Numbered from the stretch's first letter, positions 17,062 through 24,276 are shown. The stretch: DNA of 62,097 bases from Candidatus Uhrbacteria bacterium (GCA_016187515.1 JACPJN010000001.1:1-62097), one strand, 5' to 3'. Translations and numbers: made by a program. The notes: generated by a model from the letters alone, not told the origin.

Positions 17062-17439
17062 ATGCCACCAGAAGGTAGGAAAATGGTTTCGCTTGATGAA
17101 GCCTTACGCATGAGTCGCGAGAAGGATATTCTAGAGATGAATAATCTTCGCGAACGGCTTATTGAGTTGGAGAAGCGTGCGAGAAATATCGATTTTGTTG
17201 TTGACAATGGAAAGGTTATCGTAATTGGTGTTCTTATCGTTTTCTTTGTTGCATTTCTTGGATTTGTTGTTGATGCATGGCGGTTCCATGCGACTACCTA
17301 TAACGAATATCAGGGCACAGTGCAATCCTTAAAGGATGAAATCCAAAAAGAGAGGGAAGAACAAGTTGCTGGTAGATTGGAAAAAATTCAGCAAGAGATA
17401 GATGGTTTGTGGAAGAATAAATACCCGATCCGTAAATAA
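17062..17439 (+). CDS. Membrane-anchored coiled-coil protein (125 aa)
   Basis: Starts 1 nt after the previous stop. Central TM VIVIGVLIVFFVAFLGFVV is flanked by charged helices. Confidence 0.5.
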   Translation: MPPEGRKMVSLDEALRMSREKDILEMNNLRERLIELEKRARNIDFVVDNGKVIVIGVLIVFFVAFLGFVVDAWRFHATTYNEYQGTVQSLKDEIQKEREEQVAGRLEKIQQEIDGLWKNKYPIRK

Positions 17440-17561
17440 AGGTGGAAAGGTACTTGACAGGATTCAGTGAGTAGTATCACAAAATGTAAAGAGTGTATAA
17501 TACAGCTGGCGGTCCGGAGCCGCGCCGGTTAATTTTAAACTCCGGAGAAAGCGCAAAACCT

Positions 17562-17666
17562 ATGACATGGAAATGCCCCAAATGCGGTGCAGTCTCTGTT
17601 ATCGGCCTAGCCATCGGCACTCCACAGTGTGAGAAGTGCCATATGGCGCTAGTGCCACAGAGCTAA
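17562..17666 (+). CDS. Possible 34-aa zinc-ribbon mini-protein
   Basis: My own translation is MTWKCPKCGAVSVIGLAIGTPQCEKCHMALVPQS*, with two CxxC pairs. TGTATAAT lies about 70 nt upstream. Confidence 0.3.
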   Translation: MTWKCPKCGAVSVIGLAIGTPQCEKCHMALVPQS

Positions 17667-17783
17667 ACATATTTCCTGCCCTAAGTAGCGTTGTGCCAAT
17701 CCGCTCACTATGTCGATATACATGACTTGGGTTATCGGGGTAGTGAGGTCTGTGAAGACGCCTTGCAAAAACGGCAAGAAGCC

Positions 17784-17807
17784 AAAAGACGCTTAAATGC
17801 GTCTTTT
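17784..17807 (+). terminator. Rho-independent terminator
   Basis: AAAAGACGC-TTAAAT-GCGTCTTTT. Confidence 0.6.
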
Positions 17808-18031
17808 GTGATATAGTAATCAAAATATGCCCAGCCCACAGCTAGATAAGAATCAACTTAAATCAGCGCGGCGTTTGTTGGGTGAGGTGAGAGTAATGTT
17901 TAAAAATTGTCAAAAGGTGATGCGAATCTTCTTTTTGCATATCGGCGTAAGATTTTCAAGGAACTTATGCATGATGAGCGCGGCAAGCCAATGCAACGCC
18001 GGAAATTGCAAGTAGTGATTCGGAAGATGGT

Positions 18032-18061
18032 GTATCTGCGAATCTGCAGATTCGCAGATAC
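18032..18061. repeat. Perfect 30-nt palindrome
   Basis: GTATCTGCGAATCTG/CAGATTCGCAGATAC. Confidence 0.9.
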
Positions 18062-18140
18062 GATAGTCTCTTAGTCGCACGACTAGGAGAGTAGATGCAC
18101 GTACTTAAAACAAAAAATCATTCGCGTGCGCGAACGACTC

Positions 18141-18309
18141 TTTAGCCCGGGGAGCAGTGGAATCTTGCCTATCCTTGATTTTTCTACCAGCATGTATTAC
18201 GTAGTTTGCCCTTTGTTTTAATCCCTACATACCCGAGGATGCGCATTGCGTCTCGAGTTGTTTTTTTATTCAAAGTGGGGTAGAGTGAGGATACGACGAC
18301 TGAAGAAGC
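18141..18309 (+). repeat. Direct repeat S1: terminator + promoter + decayed gene start
   Basis: Aligns with 22193-22250 plus 22522-22632. Includes the hairpin CCCGAGGATGCGCATTGCGTCTCGAG plus a T-run, GGTAGAGT, and ACGACGACTGAAGAA where S2 has ATGACGACTGAAGAA. Confidence 0.8.
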
Positions 18310-18365
18310 ACAAGCAGAATCGGGGGATGGTATAATGTAAGCGTGAAAAGTGGAATTTTAATACT

Positions 18366-19163
18366 ATGCGTAATGGAGAAACACCACGACCTAAAGAAAT
18401 TTTAACCGCTTCCGACAATAAAATACCCAAGGGCATTGAAAGAATGATGGCGGACACGTTAGGTGTGCGGTTTGGCCAGTTTTTGGAATGTGCGTTATCG
18501 CTTGAGGATCTTCCGGATCCGAAGAAAGATGAAGATGCGTATGGCGCAGCATATGAAAATCTTGTGGAGCGTTTGGAAAAAGCATCTGCACAAGAGATTG
18601 TTGAATATGTGCGGGGGCGAGTCGCGCATGCGATTGAAACGCAACAATATGATGAAGGTCGCGCAGTCGCACGGTTTGCTGGAATGGGCGATGAATTAAT
18701 GCGTATCAATCAAGCGTGGTTGGCTGATTTGTATAAACGCTGGCAGGATGCAAAAGACCAAAAGACGCGGCGTAAAATTTACAATGAATTTAACGCATCC
18801 TGGCCTTACGCAGTTGAAGAAAATAATCCGCAAGCAAAAGTGCTGCGAGAATGGAAAGCACTGGATGACATTCGCGAATTGTACAGATTTAAGAGAAAAG
18901 TAAAAAGCGGGGAGGCGCTTGAGGGCGCACTCGCTGTGTTGGAACGATCCAAAATTAAACTGCGTAATTTGGACCCTAAGTTATTTGCTCAAGTCCATGC
19001 GGATGCAGTGAAAGATGTTGAGCGGGTTGCGACGATGCGTAGATTTGCACCGGAACAAGACGCACAAAAGGCCAGACGCCTTATTGAACAATACCTTGAG
19101 ATTGGAGTTTTTGATTTTGAACAAGACGAAGACCTGATTGATCGTTTTACACAGACGCAATAA
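18366..19163 (+). CDS. Hypothetical protein (265 aa)
   Basis: Extended -10 TGgTATAAT at 18328-18336. Helical, charged ORF with no motif. Confidence 0.6.
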   Translation: MRNGETPRPKEILTASDNKIPKGIERMMADTLGVRFGQFLECALSLEDLPDPKKDEDAYGAAYENLVERLEKASAQEIVEYVRGRVAHAIETQQYDEGRAVARFAGMGDELMRINQAWLADLYKRWQDAKDQKTRRKIYNEFNASWPYAVEENNPQAKVLREWKALDDIRELYRFKRKVKSGEALEGALAVLERSKIKLRNLDPKLFAQVHADAVKDVERVATMRRFAPEQDAQKARRLIEQYLEIGVFDFEQDEDLIDRFTQTQ

Positions 19164-19213
19164 AAAATTTTTGCCACCGCCGCGCCCAAGCCCGTAAAAA
19201 TTTCCAATAATTA

Positions 19214-19322
19214 CCCATTCTCCGTTTCCCTCCAGAGGCGGGCAGGCCCTCCAGAGGCCATACCCAAGGCCCGCCAGAGGCGGACAAGCAGGCCAGGCGG
19301 GCAGACCGCGAAGCGGAGAATG
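19214..19322. repeat. Composite palindromic element with CCATTCTCCG...CGGAGAATG termini
   Basis: CCCATTCTCCGTTTCCCTCCAGAGGCGGGCAGGC ... GAAGCGGAGAATG, with internal CCAGAGGCGG repeats. Confidence 0.8.
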
Positions 19323-19361
19323 ATTTGTATTGATGAGTGTAGGATGGTAGGATTACCGCAT

Positions 19362-20504
19362 ATGCCTGAGAAACCAAGACCTGAACCCAAAATAGTTGAA
19401 GAAGATGCGCTTACAGAATCACTTCGCAAGGCAAAAGCAGAGGTACCGAAAGGCGAGTTTCATGCATGGGCAAATCCGGATGTACGGATTCCGCGGCAGC
19501 ATGTTCAGGAAGTATGGGAGCAGGAAGTTGATGATTTATTGGATACTGAAGCGGATGAAGAAAAGCGCGAAAAGTGTAAGGAGGCGATTAGGAAAGCGGT
19601 ATTAGAATTGGGTGGCCCGAGGGAATATTTTTCTTTAATGGGGTATGGTAATTTTGAGGCGCGATTATTTAGGAAAGAATACTGGCAGCGTTTTACGAGA
19701 GCATTCCCTGCGGTGGCGCCGCACTTAGAACACTTGCGAACGAAGGTAAGAGCACTTATTCGAATGGAATTTCAACCAGAGGTTATTCAAGGTGCTGAAC
19801 AATATCTCAAAGCCGCTGGATATCCTGATTGGACACCGAATTTTTTCAAGCGCCATGCTGATCCACAAGCGAGGAGTCTCCACACCTGGGTTCGAAACCA
19901 CGTAAGAGGTTTTGATGGGCGATCGAATTGGCCGATGTTTGTTGAGCGTTTATCTGAACAAGCTAGAAGTAAATTTTCAATGCATGAAGTTAGCGAGCCA
20001 ATACCTGGGGAACAGCTCATTCCAACTCTCATTACCACACTCTGCGATGTTCTTAAGAGGAATGACTACTGGACTCCTTACTCGTTGATGCTGGAGCATA
20101 AAGTGCTATATGAACGGTTGCGCAAGCATTATAGGACTCCAGCAAAACGACCAGATCGCGGTGATGTTAGTGAGAGCGCAAGTCGGCCAAATTGGCCTGC
20201 GATTTTAAAGGAACTGCCGGAGGAATTGCGTGGAAAGTTTCGTTGGGGATTTGGGCGGGAATTTAAATATCGCGACGAGGCGGATGCGGTAAGAGAATTT
20301 GAGGAAGTTCTCACACAATGGCAACCACCGAAGTGGGGACCACGGTGGTTGGAAGAAAATGGTTTTCCGGCATTGCGACAATATTGGGAAAGCCACTTTC
20401 GCACCTCGGATGGCGGTATTGATTGGAAACGCCTGCTTAATCAACTCCCGGCGAATTTACGAGAAGGGTTTATAATGGACCCATGGAAGAAGTTTAATAC
20501 TTAA
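19362..20504 (+). CDS. Orphan protein (380 aa) with a threefold W-x-x-L-x-x-L-P-x-x-L-R-x-x-F motif
   Basis: TTGTAT-N17-TAGGAT ends 8 nt before ATG 19362 (leaderless-like). The ORF track start at 19320 is also possible. Confidence 0.6.
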   Translation: MPEKPRPEPKIVEEDALTESLRKAKAEVPKGEFHAWANPDVRIPRQHVQEVWEQEVDDLLDTEADEEKREKCKEAIRKAVLELGGPREYFSLMGYGNFEARLFRKEYWQRFTRAFPAVAPHLEHLRTKVRALIRMEFQPEVIQGAEQYLKAAGYPDWTPNFFKRHADPQARSLHTWVRNHVRGFDGRSNWPMFVERLSEQARSKFSMHEVSEPIPGEQLIPTLITTLCDVLKRNDYWTPYSLMLEHKVLYERLRKHYRTPAKRPDRGDVSESASRPNWPAILKELPEELRGKFRWGFGREFKYRDEADAVREFEEVLTQWQPPKWGPRWLEENGFPALRQYWESHFRTSDGGIDWKRLLNQLPANLREGFIMDPWKKFNT

Positions 20505-20663
20505 CATGTTCATGGCTGTGTGGTGGTGAGATAAGATAATTGTTCTGTTGAGTCATGCAAAAATAATGCGGCCCCGCCTCTTGCGCCGACGCACCTGCCA
20601 TTCGGCACTGAGCGCCAGCATGCTCGGCGGGCAGGCGCGAATAGGAGACTAAGGACAATTTAC

Positions 20664-20692
20664 TTGACAAGAATTTAGTTTCGTGTTAAATA
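20664..20692 (+). promoter_or_regulatory. Promoter of duplicated unit, copy 1
   Basis: TTGACA-N17-TAAATA. Confidence 0.65.
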
Positions 20693-20697
20693 GGATA

Positions 20698-20944
20698 CAC
20701 GAAAGGGGAAAACCATGACGCTCTTTTTGGTGTGCGTGCTGAATAGTACGGTTCCGCTCGATCGCAAGATGTATCTGCGCTTGTTTGCCGCGGCCCAGGC
20801 CATGCGCCAGTCCGGAGGCGCGCGCAAGTACGACCTTGATGGCGAGGGAAAGTTTTCCGGGCGGCTGACCACCACTTGGGTATCGATAAGCATCAATCGT
20901 TTGCTTACCCCGCTGTGGTTCACGCCACCGCGGGCTTGTTTTTT
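20698..20944 (+). ncRNA. Candidate unclassified structured RNA, copy 1 (~247 nt)
   Basis: Bounded by its own promoter and a hairpin + T-run terminator (20908-20944). It is near-identical to 24277-24542 except for one substitution and a 20-nt indel. Confidence 0.45.
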
Positions 20945-20982
20945 GCGTGATTCCGCGGTACAATGGTTATTGTGTCTTGATT

Positions 20983-21588
20983 ATGAAACTGATTTTTGCC
21001 ACGCGTAATCAGGGGAAGGTTAAAGAGATGAGGGCGATGCTGGGGGGCATTAAGATTGAGGTGATAGGCATGGAGGAGGCGGGAGTTAGTGAGGAAGTAA
21101 TTGAAGATCGCAAGACCTTTGAAGGCAATGCGTTGAAGAAAGCGCGGTTTGTCGCGAGCCGGACTGGTGAATGGGTGCTGGCGGAGGATTCCGGTCTTTG
21201 CATTAAAGCGCTGGGTGGTGCGCCGGGAGTGTATTCCGCGCGGTGGGCCGGAGAAGGCGCATCTGACGAGGAGATGGTGCGCTACGCGCTGGAGAAAATG
21301 AGGGATATTCCGGAGCATAAGCGGGCGGCCTGGTTTAAAACCGCGCTGGCCGTGGTTGCTCCTGATGGAAAAGAACGGATATTCCGCGGCAGAGTGGATG
21401 GTCTGGTCAGTACCGCGCCACGGGGAACGATGCGGAGCAAACTTCCGTATGATATGATCTTTATTCCCAAAGGCCACACGCGCACCTTTGCCGAGATGTC
21501 TGATGCGGAGAAAAATTCGCTAAGCCACCGCGGCCGCGCGTTTGCGAGGTTGAAGGAATTTTTTATTGGCGATCCGGAAGTTGATTAA
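20983..21588 (+). CDS. rdgB: Non-canonical purine NTP pyrophosphatase RdgB/HAM1
   Basis: MKLIFATRNQGKVKEM, EDSGL, YDMIFIP and SHRGRAF motifs. ATG 20983 lies within ORF 20947..21588. Confidence 0.9.
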   Translation: MKLIFATRNQGKVKEMRAMLGGIKIEVIGMEEAGVSEEVIEDRKTFEGNALKKARFVASRTGEWVLAEDSGLCIKALGGAPGVYSARWAGEGASDEEMVRYALEKMRDIPEHKRAAWFKTALAVVAPDGKERIFRGRVDGLVSTAPRGTMRSKLPYDMIFIPKGHTRTFAEMSDAEKNSLSHRGRAFARLKEFFIGDPEVD

Positions 21589-21708
21589 ACTAAAAGGCAC
21601 CTGTCTGCGGTTTATGTATTGACCGCGAGAGGGCCAAAGCCCTCACAGATGCAAATAGTAGTATATCATACTCATACACTTTGTCAAGTAGCATTATCCA
21701 CAACCAAT

Positions 21709-21948
21709 ATGGGCGATCACTATTTTTTTCCGGAGCAATTTAAGTGCATGTATTGCCGTGTTGATTTGGATGAGACGGGCGAGTTAGGATTGCCTGCCGG
21801 TGACGCGATAGATTTGAAGTGTCCGCAGTGCGAGGCGGTATGGAGATTTTGGACCAAAGTGCAGTTATTTCATAGAATGGTACAAGGTGGGAAGTATAAT
21901 CGCCGGCCGGATAAAAATACCCAAGCGCATAAAATTATCGCGGGGTAA
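21709..21948 (+). CDS. Zinc-ribbon protein (79 aa)
   Basis: Internal ATG 21709. CMYC...CPQC forms two CxxC pairs. Confidence 0.45.
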   Translation: MGDHYFFPEQFKCMYCRVDLDETGELGLPAGDAIDLKCPQCEAVWRFWTKVQLFHRMVQGGKYNRRPDKNTQAHKIIAG

Positions 21949-21981
21949 AAAACATGCGGCAGCACAAAATCTACACAAATA

Positions 21982-22064
21982 TCCATTCTCCGTTTCCCTC
22001 CATAGGCGGGCAGGCGCCCGAAACGTAGAACAGCCATTCTGCGATTCGCGCGAATCGCAGAATG
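21982..22064. repeat. CCATTCTCCG box plus a perfect 30-nt palindrome
   Basis: TCCATTCTCCGTTTCCCTCCATAGGCGGGCAGGC is followed by CATTCTGCGATTCGCG/CGAATCGCAGAATG (22035-22064). Confidence 0.85.
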
Positions 22065-22192
22065 AAGATTAGATCGCCGCGCCCCGACCGAAGCGTCGGG
22101 GCTCGCGATGACGGATTGCGAGAACATTCTCTCATCCGCGCGAATGTGCAACTTTATGCAAATACTTAGGACAAAAATTCCTCGCAGGCGCT

Positions 22193-22250
22193 AAAGACGT
22201 TTTAGCCCGGAGAGCAATGGAGTCGCGCCTGTCCTTGATTTTTTCTGCCC
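22193..22250 (+). repeat. Direct repeat S2, part a
   Basis: TTTTAGCCCGGAGAGCAATGGAGTCGCGCCTGTCCTTGATTTTTTCT aligns with 18141-18187. Confidence 0.75.
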
Positions 22251-22287
22251 GCATGATATCATGCTTTTTAGAGAATAAGGAGGTAGG

Positions 22288-22500
22288 ATGTCAAGCAAAC
22301 GGCACCTACGCAGACGTTCTTGTACCTCAAAAATTAAACATCAAACCGAGGAGGCAGCTAGAAATCACGCCCGTCAGCTCGGTATCGGTTATTTACCGTA
22401 TCTTTGCGGTTTTTGCGGAGGATGGCATGTCGGACGTCCGGATCGCGCAAAAAGGCAAAGCCGCGCGGCGAAGGCACGCAATGCGCGTGCGCAACGATGA
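22288..22500 (+). CDS. Small basic zinc-ribbon protein (70 aa)
   Basis: Strong SD AAGGAGG. YLCGFCGGWHVG has a CxxCGGWH motif. The gene sits between the two halves of repeat S2. Confidence 0.6.
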   Translation: MSSKRHLRRRSCTSKIKHQTEEAARNHARQLGIGYLPYLCGFCGGWHVGRPDRAKRQSRAAKARNARAQR

Positions 22501-22521
22501 GTTACTGTCGCAGTGCCTTGC

Positions 22522-22632
22522 GTAGTTTGCCCTTTCTTTTAATCCCGACATACCCGAGGATGCACATTGCGTCTCGGGGTTGTTTTTTACTCGAAGTATG
22601 GTAGAGTAGGGGATATGACGACTGAAGAAATG
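22522..22632 (+). repeat. Direct repeat S2, part b (includes terminator 22552-22588 and an extended -10)
   Basis: Aligns with 18201-18309. Hairpin CCCGAGGATGCACATTGCGTCTCGGG plus a T-run, then TGGTAGAGT. Confidence 0.8.
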
Positions 22633-22878
22633 AAAAAAGAACTCGGACATATTAAGGAGCGCAATCGTCGCGTGGAATTAGATAAAGCTTAGGTACCTTC
22701 ATGGATCCGTCGGCTATTTATTGCCGCGGTGACTTATCTTACTACTGGAGTATGGCTTGTAAATATCAGTGATAGTAAACCGTGGCTTAAGGCCTTTGTC
22801 CCGGTTGGCGGCGATATTCTTTCAACCCTGTCGTTACCGCCACTCAAAAGATGGTGGATCCGGCTTCGCCGTAAATAA
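22615..22878 (+). pseudogene. Small membrane protein gene interrupted by an in-frame TAG at codon 26
   Basis: MTTEEMKKELGHIKERNRRVELDKA-TAG(22690-22692)-VPSWIRRLFIAAVTYLTTGVWLV...RRK*. The frame stays open for 87 codons apart from this TAG. TAG is a true stop in dnaK. Confidence 0.55.
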
Positions 22879-23074
22879 TTCACGATCGTGAAGAATATAC
22901 GGGAGGGTAAAAGTGGTGCGGCCGCATCAAATCTGCCACAGTCGGAAAAGTCCCAGTCAGGACAAATTTGACTTACCAATGCCATTCTCCGTTTCGCCCG
23001 AATCGTAGAATAGAAGATTTAAGACAATCATCTCACACCCCCTCATTCGCGCGAGTGTGTGAAGGTTATAAACT

Positions 23075-23650
23075 ATGAGAAATCATCCCGAAGGGATTGC
23101 ACCAAGTGTCCGCAATATTTTGAACTATAAAAAATCCGGTACGGTATTGGATTTAGGAAGCGGGAAGGGGAGACACGCGATATTTTTAGCAAAACAAGGT
23201 TTCGCGGTTACGGCAGTAGATTACGTTGAAGAAAGATTGGCCGAGATGAAGGCCAGGGCAAGGATTGAAGGAGTGCGTATATCTATCAAACGCGCGGATA
23301 TTTCTCATTTTAGTTTTTCCAGGAAATATGATATCATCATGGCAAGCATGTCATTACATTTTTTACAGAAAAATCAGATTGCGCAAGTCGTCAAACGAAT
23401 GAAGGCGCACACAAAACAAGGTGGTCTTAATGTGGTTTCGGTGTTAACAAATAAAGAAGAGATGAAAGCGAATCGTGCATATTTATTCAAAACGAGTGAG
23501 CTGAAAAGATATTATACAGATTGGAATATATTGGAATACGAGGAAAAATTAAGTCAGCCATTTTTTTCAGAAAAGCAAGGCAAACGGATACGCCAACACC
23601 GCGCAGTAATTATAGCCTCCAAACCACCTTATCCAAGTAATGTGCGGTAG
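23075..23650 (+). CDS. Class I SAM-dependent methyltransferase (TehB-like)
   Basis: VLDLGSGKGRHAIFLAKQGFAVTAVD is SAM motif I plus the acidic loop. 191 aa, AT-rich. Confidence 0.8.
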   Translation: MRNHPEGIAPSVRNILNYKKSGTVLDLGSGKGRHAIFLAKQGFAVTAVDYVEERLAEMKARARIEGVRISIKRADISHFSFSRKYDIIMASMSLHFLQKNQIAQVVKRMKAHTKQGGLNVVSVLTNKEEMKANRAYLFKTSELKRYYTDWNILEYEEKLSQPFFSEKQGKRIRQHRAVIIASKPPYPSNVR

Positions 23651-23652
23651 TT

Positions 23653-24171
23653 ATGAATTTAGAAATGCAACAGCAGGACGAGAAATTTATCCGTAGGTGC
23701 ATTGAGTTATCCGAGGAAGCGCTAAAAAACAGGGATAAACCCTTTGGGTCGCTCATCACGGAAAATGGAAACATTATTGTTGAGGCCTCCAACGATTCTG
23801 AAAATAGGGTGTCAAATCATGCCGAAATAATTGCCCTCAACAAAGCGCATCAGATGTTGGGTACCAGTACGCTAGCGGCTTGTACCCTGTATTCTAATTG
23901 CGAGCCATGTCCCATGTGCTCATTTATGATTCGTGAATTTAAGATTAAGCGAGTCGTGTTCGCGCTTTCATCGCTTTATATGGGGGGATATTCAAAGTGG
24001 AATATACTTGAAGATGTTGAACTCTCGCAATTTAAACCCTTTTTTGGAAATCCTCCGGAAGTTGTTCCAAATGTTCTAGAAGATGAAGCCAAGCGAGTAT
24101 TTGATAAGACACCATTATGGATGTTTGGAAGTAAGGCCAAGAATACTGAACACTTGAAATTCAATTTGTGA
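23653..24171 (+). CDS. CDA-fold nucleoside/nucleotide deaminase (TadA/guanine-deaminase-like)
   Basis: Zinc motifs HAE (NHAEIIAL) and PCPMC (CEPCPMCSFMI). Starts 2 nt after the methyltransferase stop. Confidence 0.8.
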   Translation: MNLEMQQQDEKFIRRCIELSEEALKNRDKPFGSLITENGNIIVEASNDSENRVSNHAEIIALNKAHQMLGTSTLAACTLYSNCEPCPMCSFMIREFKIKRVVFALSSLYMGGYSKWNILEDVELSQFKPFFGNPPEVVPNVLEDEAKRVFDKTPLWMFGSKAKNTEHLKFNL

Positions 24172-24242
24172 AATACCCATTCCCCAATTCGCCCCAGTAG
24201 TAGAGCAAAGCTCACTACGGGGCAGGCACGGCTAGGGGACTA

Positions 24243-24271
24243 TTGACAAGAATTTAGTTTCGTGTTAAATA
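24243..24271 (+). promoter_or_regulatory. Promoter of duplicated unit, copy 2
   Basis: TTGACA-N17-TAAATA, identical to copy 1. Confidence 0.65.
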
Positions 24272-24276
24272 GGATA

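Noticed and set aside
17827-18074. Possible frameshifted gene: ORF 17827..18015 (frame 1) and a more protein-like -1 frame from 17907 (LSKGDANLLFAYRRKIFKELMHDERGKPMQRRKLQ...)
   Set aside because: The junction G-TTT-AAA-AAT is not a canonical X-XXY-YYZ slippery heptamer. The tail of the second frame is just the translation of the 30-nt palindrome at 18032-18061. Neither frame has recognisable homology from memory, so I left it unannotated.
20843-20870. GAGGGAAAGTTTTCCGGGCGG resembles the RNase P RNA P4 region (GAGGAAAGUCCGGGC)
   Set aside because: The unit is too short for RNase P RNA, is present twice, and lacks the complementary P4 strand and other universal motifs. The segment folds as a local GGAA/TTCC hairpin.
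20715-21008. 97-aa ORF inside the duplicated unit (and its 57-aa counterpart from 24294)
   Set aside because: Copy 1 reads through the intrinsic terminator and into rdgB. Copy 2 is cut short by the 20-nt indel, so the C-termini are unrelated. The GGGGA upstream of the ATG could still be an SD, so a short peptide is not fully excluded.
22690-22692. Stop-codon reassignment (TAG or TGA read as sense)
   Set aside because: dnaK ends at TAG at full Hsp70 length. TGA terminates the glycosyltransferase-like and 827-aa ORFs. No conserved gene here needs read-through. A single in-frame TAG is better explained as a mutation.
19214-24232. Integron-like reading of the CCATTCTCCG boxes as attC sites
   Set aside because: No integron integrase or attI is present, and the boxes lack the R/L core-site organisation (GTTRRRY) of attC. 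They are better described as one of several MITE/REP-like families.
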